64,000 bases of DNA from Podarcis cretensis (Eukaryota), in the NCBI GenBank assembly GCA_951804945.1, contig OX638151.1, positions 70,866,001-70,930,000 on the forward strand. The letters are read 5' to 3'. Shown one piece after another: positions 39,917-53,305 of this stretch. Each line of letters opens with the position of its first letter. Within the stretch, counting starts at the first letter, position 1. The notes below the pieces were generated by a model. The model did not search any database, had not been told where the DNA came from, and worked only from the letters and a program-made list of their open reading frames with translations. The position numbers were made by a program, and so were the translations under genes.

Positions 39917-41021
39917 CTGTAAGAAAAAGAGATGACATTATCATTTTGATTAGCTACTCATGTACAAGAAATTTTAAGCTGAAATAGTTCTGCTTTATTC
40001 TTACCCTGCCTTTTGATCCTACAACTTGATGCACCAAAATAAATACTTTAAAGTACTATACAGTTCAGGGATTGGTCGTGGATCATCTAACTCTGGCGAA
40101 CAATGACCAGACCATTAGGGAGCCCCATCTAAGGTGCTCTGGGGTTTCTCAAAACAGAGCAGGATGTAAGTACAGTATAACAAGAAGCAGTTGACTTGTG
40201 CTTAACTCCCCACTTGAAATCAACGGGGCTTCAATACATTGAACTCTGGCTTGAATGTGTTCCATAATTTTCTGTGGGAAGGGGACATGCAACTTACATG
40301 TTTTTGGAGCTTTTTAGTACAATATGTGAACTCTGGGTGCCATATGAATATCAAGGGGGGGGGGGAGACCAAGGATACAGTTGCAATTTTATCATGAGCC
40401 TGCATAACTCAGTGCACTTTAAATCTAAACAGCTCTCAGTTTATTAACTCAAAACACCCAAGAGAATAGATAGTGCCTGTCACTATTAACAGTACCTAAA
40501 ATGAAATCAATTGTGCAATTGAGCTCCCCCACCTCTCCTCCCTTCCCTCGCCCACATCTTCCCCGAATCTGCTCTGGAGGGTTGGGGTAGCCCCTAGAAC
40601 AGATTTATGGGGTACACAAAGAGAGAAGGCGGAATGAAGTATCAGCGTGTAAGTGGATGGATCATGCAAGTATCATTGTGCTGATGGATCACTTAAACTG
40701 GATACCACCCACTGTTTTTCTAATTCGATCCAAAGGGAAATTATGGATAATGGAAGAGTTCCTGGTCTGTTTGCCTACTCATGTGAAGGGAGGATGAAAG
40801 CAGCTGTATGCACAATGCCTGTTCACATCTTGGCTGATTAAGTGAAAATATGATGTTCCAAACGTGGCGATTTCAGTACATAGTTCGAACAAAACAATGG
40901 TTAACAAGAGTTTCCAACTCACACAAAGGAAGGAGTGAAGGGGCTCTGTGTGCAAGAAAAAGGCTTGTGTGTATCATGGCTGACTAGTACACACATTATG
41001 CATGAACACAACCAATACTTA

Positions 41022-41201
<180 letters not shown>

Positions 41202-42035
41202 TCAAACAAACTCACAGTCAGCACAATAAAACAAAACGAATAAACGCGGTGCCCTAAAAAAATTCAAGCCAAAAATGCAAAAGGAAGTGGCAATTTTCTG
41301 TATGCTAAATTACCTAAATTAAATGTGAAAACATGCTGAAGAGACTTAAGAGAAATCTACTTGTTGGACAAATATATTCTAAGGTTAATATTTTACAGTG
41401 TAGTAATCCTCCCACACACATCCTTCCTCAGAGAATAATTAACTGAGTGTCATTTCCATATCATATGCGCAGACGAATAAAACAACATGCTGAAGATATC
41501 ATACTATATGCAGGGCAAGGCTGAGGAAAATGTTCCTAAATTTGGTTATTGCTATTAAAAAGCAGATCAGTTACACCCATTTTGCAAACTGAACAATAAG
41601 AAGTTGTACCTGAAGAACTATACCTATTATACTGTGACCTGAACAAAAATAAATGGCTGAGTTTACAAGCCCACATGAAATGTGCACGTATGAAATGCAT
41701 ATGCACATGTAATCTGTAACACTGTTAGCACTAACAGAACAGCTGACCACCATAATACTTTTATGCACAATTCTTTTCCGATTCCATACTTTGTAATTAT
41801 GATTGCACAGTGGTAGAATGATTTTCTAGCCAACATCTTCAACGAACTGAGGTAACCTAAGAATAATTTACCATTTCTCCTAGTTCCTGTCTTCAGCAAA
41901 ATGCACTAACCTTCACTGTGCACAACTGGTTGTTCTACTGGTCTTTGAGCCCAGCATTAAACTTTTAGGTTGTGCTTATCTGCAATAAAAAATTCTTCAG
42001 AAAGCAATGCTGTCATATCTCTAGCTTTCTGTAGA

Positions 42036-42172
42036 CCGTGTTTGCTAGCCTGGTGCCCACCAAATGTTTTGGACAAGAACTCTCATCAGCCTCAGGTAGA
42101 CAGGCCAATAGTCAGGGTTGATGGGAGTTGCAGTTCAAAACATCTGGAGGGCAGGAGCTTTGGGAAGGCTGC
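42036..42172. mobile_element. Degraded hAT palindromic MITE
   Basis: Internal caaatgttttgga...aaaacatctggagggc arms resemble the 5981 and 60418 elements. Confidence 0.6.
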
Positions 42173-42176
42173 GCTA

Positions 42177-42383
<207 letters not shown>

Positions 42384-43047
42384 CTAAATTCTAGCATATT
42401 CGTGTGCTCCAAATGGCACAGGTAGCCACATAAGCAGCAATGGAAATGAATTTTGTTCTGCTTAGTTCCTTCTAGCATTTTACATGTTCAGGGAACAATA
42501 GTAATTGAAGGAAAGATAACACAGCACAACTACATCTGTTCACACCTTGAGCAGCTGGCTTACATGCCATTACTCTTTAAACTTACTGCAAAGGGTATTT
42601 ATTCAAGAGAACCGAGAAACAATTTAAACTGACATGGATCAGCTTTCAATCCTCCAGCCTGATCCTGCAAGATGCTTAGAGCTTTAAAACCCAACCACCT
42701 CCAAGACAGGAGTATTCAGTACCCAAAGCACTGCCCTAATTTCCCTTGGCATTACTGGTTATGCTACAGATAACGGCTGTTCAGTGGTCTGAAGCTGCAT
42801 TCCTTAATTACTCTGGAATGCAAAGTCTCTCTCCAAGGAAGACTTCACTGCCTCTCCCATGTAAGAAGATAATCACAGATTTAGATACCTTCGAATATCT
42901 TCAGAAAAACACATTCCTGTGGTTGGCAACAGGGTTCCAAACGCAGCACAAACGGTCATGGACTGTATCCGGCTACAGCTGTAAGTATGTTAATTGCAAG
43001 ATGCAACATGACAACCAGAGTGTATTGCCACCAAAACCTATATTTAC

Positions 43048-43099
43048 CTGAATTCATTCTCCACGTGGTGGTTTGCTCTCTCCAGACATGTGATTAGAT
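43048..43099 (-). CDS. DCBLD1: DCBLD1 exon 4 (DLITCLERANHHVENEFS)
   Basis: ttgcag|ATCTAATC...TTCAG|gtaaat, 52 nt; translated by hand. Confidence 0.94.
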
Positions 43100-43145
43100 C
43101 TGCAAAAGGTTTTAAAAAAAAGCTATTTGGGAATCACACAGAGAA

Positions 43146-43203
43146 GATGTGGATAGTCAATTCCAGCTGAACTGGATGTGGATAGTCAATTCCAGCTGAA
43201 CTG
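43146..43203. repeat. Perfect 29-bp tandem duplication
   Basis: GATGTGGATAGTCAATTCCAGCTGAACTG x2. Confidence 0.95.
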
Positions 43204-44044
43204 TTTTCTCAAACCTCCCTCAGCAGCCACAGCACCTATTCAGTGTTTCCTTCTGCCAGCAAGCTTCTGCTCCTGGTCCCCCCCCCCACCTGCCCAATTT
43301 GTTCATCTGGATACACATTTTCTTCTGCACAGGAGCAATTGTTCTAGACTCTACCCTCAGAGCAACAACTTCATTGAGAGATCAGTCACATCCTACTACA
43401 TCCTGAAGCAATGGCCAAGTGAGGGTGGTAGAAAGAATTCCAACAGACATTTTTGGAATATTTTTGTACAGTGAGGATTTTGTTCCAAGGCAAGAGGCCT
43501 GAAGCAAAAAGATTTCAGCCTGAGCGATGCGTCTCAACTACCATGAAAAAAAGAGTTCTCTTTAAGGAACTGAATCAAAACTTTGTCTGAAGAAAAGTCT
43601 TGGTTTATATCAGCTAGTGCTCAAATACCTGTAGAAGATGAAGAAGCCCAAGGATAATAAGGCCTAACCAATGAGAAATGAGCCAATGGGATCAAAATCA
43701 GGATTCCCAGTTCTATATGGCGGCCAATGCACTTAGATGTTCAGGTGCATGAAAGAGCCAAATTTCATCAGTGCCATCTATTAGATGAATTAGCACATTA
43801 TTGAAATAGCATCCAGACCTTGATTTCTAGAGGGAAAACAAGCGGGTCAAGCAGTTGGCTAAGGGGCCAAACCCATAAAACCAGTTTGAACTACTTAGAA
43901 AACTTAAGCACATTCATCTAGGCCAGGTGCTTTTCTAAAACATCTGCTGGTAATACCAGGCAGGGTATTACCTTCCACTTCCACAGCAGACAAGGCAAAG
44001 AGGCAACCAGGTAAGATGATGGGGCGAGAGAATCATTGCACTCA

Positions 44045-44380
<336 letters not shown>

Positions 44381-46794
44381 CTACGGTGCATTCATCTATC
44401 CATGTGCATAATTAATTGATTTTTGTTTGTAATCTTTGAAGTTACTCAGGCCACCAAATTCTTGCAATTCTGTGTTCAGTAGGAGATAAAAGCTGGCATT
44501 AACATTTCAAATTGTTTTAGCTTTGTAGACGGCTGGGGCTCCCTAGCCTTTGAAGCACAGCATTCTTAAAGTGCAGCAATCCATTACAGAAAGAGTACAA
44601 CAATCAAAGGCAACTGAATATTGCATAGACTCAGCAAGATAGCATCACCAGGTACAAGTTTTAAATGCAATCACCACACAGGGGGGAAACAAACACATTT
44701 TTCTTGAGATGGCACATTGTAATAAAGGCATATAAAAAGAATGCTATATTTGAATACTTAACTGTTCATTCTCAATTTTTAAAAAAGAAATCATATTGTT
44801 TTCTTAAGATTCCCATCTACCCATCAAAATTTAGGGAAACAATCTATTAGAAGTCAACCTGGAACCAGTCTTACTTTTTCACATGAATTATTAGCTGTAA
44901 AGCACCTTTGCAGTTAACTTCTAAAACCAATCAGCCAAAAAAGGCATTACATTTGAAATTATTTCATTAATTGATTTTTTGATTTAAGCTGATATTTTTA
45001 ATTTAATTTAAATTAAATTTTAATTTAAGCTGATATTTTTAATTTTTTAATTTAAGCTATATTACAATTTTACAAAAGAGAGGAAACATTAAATGAAGAA
45101 TGATGCTTAGCTCTTGACCGCACTACGCTATACACATTCCATCAGTTACCATTTGTCATAGATCACAGGGAAAATAAAATGGCACAAGTCCAGCTGAGTC
45201 CAGCTCTGATGCATGACAGCCAGACCATCCTTGCCACCTGGTGAGTAGTTTGGCAGTGGAGGCCCCGAGAAACAGACAAAGTCAACACAGATTGACTCTT
45301 GCCATCATTTAAATATGTGAGCACCACGCTGAATTCTGGTAATTTCTTTTTCTTGCTTGGATGGAGATAGAGAGGTATGAGTGAGAGTGTGCAGAAACCC
45401 CTTACTGACCCTCAACCATCAGATCCATCTCCCCACATAGGGCTTCTTAACCAAATGATTTCAAATTTAACTACAGAGAGGAAAAATTATTTGTTAGTCA
45501 AGCAAGGATAGATCACTCCTGTTAATTCTTAAATATGTCATGCCATGTGCCACACGAGCTGGGGGGGGGGGGGAGAGAATACTGTTTTATAATTTGGAGA
45601 TCATTGCACCTAACCTTCCCACCCATTCCCACATTTTCCCACAAGATTTGCCTCCACATATTTTCCCACAAATGTATTTCTGCTGTCTCTTGCTTACGTT
45701 TCTCAATGACCTGTCTATTGCTCAGATGTAATTAAGACTGCTGACTCAATCTATGGCTGACTGGTCTGGCGCTTTCAAAGCAGCATACCTGTCCAAATGA
45801 CGATGAGAACCTATGCTAAAAGTCTAGATGCATGCATGAGAGAGAGACAGGTCAGCAAAAAGTCTCAAGGCCTTAAAAAAAGTGTGTGTGGGTGTGTAGA
45901 CTCTTGAGAGAAAACAACAAGTGGGATGGAACAGGAAATGTTGTTTGGTGCTTTACAGCAGGGGAGGGCAGACATCATGCCTGCAGGATCTACTCTTGCA
46001 TTTTAAAAGAATTCCAAGATCCACCAGTCAAAGAACTAGAGAACTATGAGTACTAGGGTTGAACTCAGTTGTTCTACACAAAAATATGCTCCCCTCCTCT
46101 GGCCTTCTTCGTTTCACCCGTATAACTTAGGGTGGAGGGAAGAGTCATTTTGTCGTTGTTATTGTTAAACAATTTGGAGTCAGAAACACATGTTGATCTA
46201 CTATGAATCACTCAGAGATCAAACAGTAGATCTTCATCTACCTTTCCACCCACTCCTGCTCTACAGAATACAGACATAATGGAAAAAGTAACCAGCTTCT
46301 AAATAATTAAGTACAAAACACAGGAATATGGCAAAGTAATGCCATAAAGAATAAATCTTATTAAATCTATTTTTGGTTGTTTTTATTATAGTACTATAAA
46401 ACACATTGCAACTTAAGTGAAAGGCAATCCGTAAATTAGTTTCTAACAATATAACAACAACTGTACCTTAAACATTACCTTGAACAATATTACCTTAAAA
46501 TAGGACTAGTTAACCTGTAGCCTTCCAAATTCCAACAGCCCATTCCAGCATGGCAAATGGTTAGACCTGGAATTCCACATCATCTGGATGCCTACAGGTT
46601 AAACACCTGCGCATGACCATACCAAATCACATTAGCTGAGTGGGGAAAGTGCCCTTCCAGCCTTGAGCACCCAATGCTCAAGAACAAATCTTAAATAGCA
46701 CTGGTTTCAGGGTACCCTCTCTTACTTTGCTCAACAAAGAGTTAATTAGAGCTCTAAGTATTTTAATGAATCCAGTCTTACTGGTACACCGTTA

Positions 46795-47043
<249 letters not shown>

Positions 47044-47114
47044 TTAAGAAACCATCAAAGCTGTCATCAATAGGCACATACCTACTTCAAATCACTACAC
47101 CCTTTCAAAATGTA

Positions 47115-47374
47115 CCGTATTTTTCACTCTACAAGACGCACCAGACCATAAGACGCACCTAGTTTTTTGGAGGACGAAAACAAGAAAAAAAATATTCTGA
47201 ATCTCAGAAGCCAGAACAACAAGAGGGATCGCTGCGCAGCGAAAGCAGCGATCCCTCCTGCTCTTCTTGTTTCTGGAATAGCTGCGCAGCCAGCATTCGC
47301 TCCATAAGACGCACACACATTTCCTCTTACTTTTTAGGAGGGAAAATGTGAGTCTTATAGAGCAAAAAATACGG
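47115..47374. mobile_element. Tc2/pogo-like MITE
   Basis: TA|CCGTATTTTTCACTCTACAAGAC ... GTCTTATAGAGCAAAAAATACGG|TA, with repeated AAGACGCAC subterminal motifs and retained CpGs. Confidence 0.85.
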
Positions 47375-48926
47375 TAAGTCCTCCTTTTTTCCATTTTAAA
47401 ATTTAAAGCAGATTCTCAATAAACTCTCGGAAACAGGTCAGACTGAATGGGGGGGGCGGTACATGGGCCCCCAATTAAGAAACTACCAAATTTCTGTGTG
47501 ACTCACACTTCCTGTTTACCATGGAAATCCATCATGTACCAAACTTATTTAAATGCTCCTGTTCTGCCTTACAGTGGGGCAGGATCAGGAATACAGACCT
47601 TCTTGCTCAACCAGGTCACTCAACTATCTTATGGGTGAGCTCTCTCACCGCAGGATAACATGATCTTCTGTATCATCAGGATAAAGGGAAAGGAAGGTTC
47701 ACCTCATCTTGTTGAAGGGTCAAACACAGGTGAGCAGCAGAAGGTGTGGTAAAATGTTCATCTGCACCAAGTGACTGCTTCTCACTCTGGTAAACAGAAT
47801 GTCTTCACACAGACTCTACAAAACACTGTGCTCCTTGTAAAGAAAAGTAGGGGATCTTGCCTTCTTCTTCCCCACACAGACATTCCATTCCATTAGAACA
47901 GGGGGTAAGGAACCTAAGAACCAGTGGCCAAATGCAACCCCCCCAGTCTGCTCTATCCAGCCTTCGAGACTCTGTGCAGGTCACACCCCTTTCCTCACGA
48001 CCACTTCTGTTGCTCCACCTGCTATTTTCATGTGGAACCACCTACCACCAGCATGTGACCCTATGAGGTTGCTCATGAAGGAATTACATTCTTGGGCCTC
48101 CGTACTAGCGTGACACAGAAATCAGAAAACACAAGAATGTGGGATTACGTCTGTCTGGTTTACACAAAGGCATGATTTTGCATGAGCGCTATACAGTGCT
48201 TACATTCTGACCCATGGGATTTTTTTTTTGCCTAGAAGAAAATGGTTTAGGAGGAAATGATCCTGATATTAACAGTGAATGATCTAAGCTGGGACCCTCT
48301 TTCCTCCACCTACATGTAGCCTTGGGCTTCATTACTGGCAGATGTTCCCTTTTGTATTCTGAAACAGGATGACGGTGAATTGTCATACTGCCTGCACAGT
48401 CTCCTGATATTTCTGCACAGCACATCCGAAAAAGCAATTGCATTCAGAAGTAACAGAACGATTTCTGGGGGAGGGTAGCTTTATTTATCAAGCTTCTCCT
48501 CCCCCTCTTCACTCATTCCTTTACAAATACAGCAACTAAGTTAAAAGTCCACCAGTCTCATAGATCTGGGAAGAGTTTCCTTAGGAGCCAACATAAAAGC
48601 ACAATCCTATACACATCTAATCAAAAGTATGCTAAGTTCGAATGAGTTCAATGTGGCTTACTCCCAGGTAAGTGTACAGAAATGCAGCCTCCAACATACT
48701 TTGGAGTAAAAATACCCTGAGTAAATAGGAGCAAGACTTTCTGAAAATTGCCTCCTTAGTTCCAGAGTGATCTGCTGCGGAACATCTTTTGTAGTTCTAT
48801 AGAACAGTATCTGTGTGAAGAGTATACAGTATTCCTGAACAGCCTTCCCAAACCTAGTGCCCATTGGTCATGCTGGCTGAGGCTGATGGGCAGTATGAGC
48901 TGTATATATTTGTTAACATTGTAGAC

Positions 48927-49580
48927 CAGGGTGGATTTGATTTAAATCAAGTTGGTTTGAATCACGATTTAAATCACTAGTCAGTAAGACTTGATTTAAT
49001 CATTTTTTTTTATACAGAAAGACTCATTCTTGCTGGTATAATCTTAATATTTACAACCAGATGAAGGTTTCATTTTTGGAACAATAAATTTTCAGAGTAG
49101 TTTTTACAGTTATATAAAAAAATACTGATTTGGTTATACTATTAGAAATACATAGACAGATAATTATGAAATTATTGTGAGGTTTAATAAGTTAAGTGTT
49201 TATATTTGGACAACTTTTCTGCTGTACTTTATTGGAAGGAGAAAAATAATCATTTCCTTAATAACAATTTAAACAATTTATTTAACTAAAATAATATTAT
49301 AGCATATGTATCCATGTTTGTTAACTGATGTGGTTAAACAGTGTTAAACTTAGACTGAGTTTTAGCACACATGAAAAACTTAAAACAAATCCTTATTTTC
49401 TGATGAATAGCCTTTGGACTATAATGTAACTTAAACAGAAAACTATCTTTAGAAAGATTTTTCCTCCAAAAGCATTTTATTTTAAAAATCCAATTTAAAT
49501 CAAAAAAATCCAATTTAAGTTAAAAAAAAAGAAAGATTTTATTTTTTTTAAAAAAAAATCATTGATTTTTAACCACCCTG
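48927..49580. mobile_element. Non-autonomous hAT DNA transposon, 654 bp, AT-rich
   Basis: TIR CAGGGTGG...CCACCCTG, subterminal GATTTAAATC repeats and a perfect 8-bp TSD TTGTAGAC (48919-48926, 49581-49588). Confidence 0.9.
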
Positions 49581-49716
49581 TTGTAGACCACTTGCTAAAG
49601 ATATATACATTCAAGCGGTGCACAACTATATATAAAGTATGGCTAAAACCACACAAATCCAATTTCAAAAAATGTAAGATGATAAAATAAGAAACATTTA
49701 AAACAAATGTCACTAA

Positions 49717-49855
49717 GCTGGGGTAGAACAGTCGGTAGACTCTTAATCTCAGGGTCATAGATTCAAGCCCCACGATGGGCAAAATATTCCTGCATTGCAG
49801 GAGGCTGGACTAGACGACCCTCGTGGTCTCTTCTAACTCTACAGTTCTATGATTT
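49717..49855 (+). mobile_element. tRNA(Lys)-derived SINE with CR1-like 3' tail
   Basis: cagtcggtaga..actcttaatctcagggtc..ttcaagccccacg head and ctggactaga..ttctaactctacagttctatgatt tail. Confidence 0.7.
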
Positions 49856-50044
49856 TAAATAATGTGACTGGACAGGCTTGCAGAAACAGGAAAATCTTCA
49901 GCAGGCATCTAACACAGCATAGCAAAGGGTCCTGTCAACAGGCAAGGAGTTCCATAGCATAGGCACCGCCACACTAGATAGAGGCACAACTTATCACAAA
50001 AGCAGAATGGAAAAATGAGCGGCATTTGTAAAAGTGCAAACTCT

Positions 50045-50274
50045 AAAAGGTAAAGGGACCCCTGACCATTAGGTTCAGTCACGGCCGATTCTGGGGTTGT
50101 GGTGCTCATCTCGCTTTACTAGCCAAGGGAGCCGGCGTACAGCTTCTGGGTCATGTAGCCAGCATGACTAAGCTGCTTCTGGAGAACCAGAGCAGAGCAC
50201 GGAAACGCTGTTTACCTTCCCGCCGGAGCGGTACCTATTTATCTACTTGCACTTTGACATGCTTTCGAACTGCT
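50045..50274 (-). mobile_element. 5'-truncated Sauria SINE, second subfamily
   Basis: ACCTTT tail and the conserved gtttaccttccc...tatttatctacttgcac body; flanked by a 62-bp direct repeat. Confidence 0.88.
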
Positions 50275-51079
50275 GAGGCACAACTTATCACAAAAGCAGA
50301 GTGGAAAAATGAGAGGCACTTGTAAAAGTGCAAACTGTATTCTACTGTAAAATGGCTAGCAGACACCAGTTTAGAGAAGGCTGTTCTAGACACACATACT
50401 TGATCATATAAAACCAGGATAATATAACTGGGGTTGTGATTCCTATTCAAAATACATCAGTGATTCTTTAGTTGGGGAACATCATGCGGCTCAATCTGTC
50501 CCGAAGCCTCTTGCTCCAAACAGAGGCGGCTTCAGGGATATCCGAAGGTGGATGCAAAGGGAATGCATGTCGGGAATCCCTCCTCCCCATAGGTGTCTGT
50601 TTACATTGCCCAATATGGACTTTTAAGGTTATGAAGGGCTTTGTCTGGGACAGCTCACACAAGTTTTTCTGGTTTGACAATCCTGGGTGGCTAAATATTT
50701 ACTAAGGTTTGTTAGAGAAACAAGATGCTTTGGGGTTGGGGGAAGAGGGAGCCAAAATGTTTGCCCTGGTCCAAGCCAAGGATGTGTCAGTACTCAAGAA
50801 TTTTCAGGGAGGAAACCAGGTGCCATTGCAAGACAAAAAGAAGTGAACTATTAAAATGCATCATGAATTAAACAAAGAAACCTGATACTTACTTCTCAGC
50901 TCTACTTATTGACTACCCTTTAAAATTGTTTAAGGCAGGGTAGGTCTTAGTTTTAGAAAGACCTGTGTATCAAGAAGACCTATGTCCTCTCTCTCTTCAT
51001 TTAATTGATTCCTTCCAGCATCACACTGCGCTTGGGACCTTCACAAACAAACTCAAAGGGGATGAAAATGACACATTTG

Positions 51080-51131
<52 letters not shown>

Positions 51132-51133
51132 TC
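51080..51133. repeat. (TTTC)n microsatellite
   Basis: About 13 units. Confidence 0.97.
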
Positions 51134-53052
51134 GCTCTCTTCTGGTGGGAGACACTGATCTGATTGGCAGCATTGGCTGTGCACAATTCCAGCAGTGGCC
51201 TTAGCAGATTATCAGGAGAAAACATTAAAAAGTGGAGCATTTCTCCACCATCACAGTTTTCTTGAACTGCCCCATTGTATATATACTGCTACTGGCCTCA
51301 TCCCACTTAACTTGGTACACTAGGCACAGAACTTGGAACATATTGATAAACACACAAATACCAGGATGCTCGATTTTTATTTTAAAGAAGAACCTTAGCT
51401 ACAACGAATCTGTCTCTCTCAAGTGTTTATATTTCAAGAAGATACTCTAAAAACAAAATACTACTTTAGTGCTTTTCTTTTTTATAATATTTTATTCTTT
51501 TTTCCCATACAGAAAGTTACATTTGTTACTCAACAATTATATACCAATTCAACAGAACTAGTGATTTCCTGCTCACCCAACATCAATGTTTATAACCCAA
51601 TTCACATACAGTTGCGAGTGGTTTTCAAACTGCGTTCCAGGAACTCGGAGGGTCCAGATCAGGGATCTGGGTCCAGAACAGGGATCTTCCTTCAGAAGAT
51701 AAACTTTTCTGAAAGACAGTATGGCCACTGGTTTTTGCTACAAACTGTAGAGGAGAGCATTGGCTGCATTCTCTGTTCACTCAGGAAGGCAAAAGGCCTG
51801 GCCAGTATTCTGCATGAATAGACTGTGAACTTTGATGCATTTCATTTTAAAAATAATAAAAAAGATATATATCCTGCTGTGGGGGGGGGGGAGATGAAGA
51901 AATCTGCATGAAGTGGTGAACAAAGCAGCACAAATTATAATAGTGAATAACAAGATAAAAACAGCAATCAAACATCCTCAAAATTTACAATTTGCCCAAG
52001 TTCTCAGGAGGTGACTCAGTGAGGAAGCTGCTCCCCGAAAGCATGAAGCCCGAGAAACTGAAAATGTTGTGTACTGCATGTACGGGAAATGAGTTGAGCA
52101 GGGGGGATTGAATTCCACAGAACAACAAAGTCTACTGAAAAGTCTCCATAATAACTTAACAAGTTTCACAACTGATGTATACAAGCCCCTGCTTAAAAAC
52201 TCACATTTCACAATCTGGTCATTCGTAAATAAATGGAAGCATTGGATAACTTCCCTTTTTTGAAATAAATTTCACAAGCTTTGTTATCTGGCTCAAGGGG
52301 CTCTTGGGGCGGGGAGAAGTCACAAGTGCAGTGATTAAACATCAAAGGCTGCAATCCTACGTACAATAACCTGAACTCAGTGGGACTTATTTCTGAGTAA
52401 ACACACATAGGACTGGGCTGTGAAACATATACTTCGCAAAGCCAGAACAGCTGGGTTGGGAGCTGGCTTCCTCCCTGACAGTAACAGCCACAAATGCTGC
52501 TCTGCAAGTCAGTCCATTTCACATGTGAGAAGTCCTGTCTCAGCCAGGTGCACACTAGCACAGCCAAGCTTAATGTGAAAACCCATCAGCTGCAGAGCTG
52601 AATGGCTAGAACTTCCCTATCCAGCAACAGAAGGGAGTGGGCAGTTGCCAGCATCAGCTGCATACGTGGTTGACTATACTGCAGACTGTATTTGTCCACA
52701 CCCAGACAAAACCAGGACTGCCCCGGCAAGCAAGAAACCGGCTCCGATATGTAAGTCAAAGTTCACATGCAAATGTGGTCAGGGCTGTAAAACAGGCTTT
52801 TGCATGTGAATCCTGAAAGCACACTTACTCAGCAGGATTACTTATTGACTGATGTCAATCAGTCGTGGGAGTTACATGTTCTTTGCTAAAATTTGGGCTG
52901 CATGTGAACCATCCATATATGGCATTAAAATGTTGCTACAACGCTCCAGGATCCAATGCATTTTTGATCATTTCTAGCCAGTCTGATACACCAAACTAAC
53001 TAGAGCAGCTCTACCTAGGATTGAGGATGGGGCAGAACTTGTCAAAGCCTCT

Positions 53053-53305
53053 GCTCCCTGCTCCTGCCAACCTAGCAGTTCAAAAGCATGTCAAGTGCAA
53101 GTAGATAAATAGGTACCGCTCCGGCAGGAAGGTAAACAGCATTTCCGTGCGCTGCTCTGGTTCTCCAGAAGCGGCTTAATCATGCTGGCCACATGACCCG
53201 GAAGCTGTACGCCGGCTCCCTTGGCCAATAAAGCGAGATGAGCGCCACAATCCCAGAGTTGTCTGCGACTGGACCTAACGGCCAGGGGTCCCTTTACCTT
53301 TACCT
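53053..53305 (+). mobile_element. 5'-truncated Sauria SINE, second subfamily
   Basis: gtgcaagtagataaataggtaccgc... body ending in ccctttacctttacc; reverse-complement match to 50045-50274. Confidence 0.88.
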
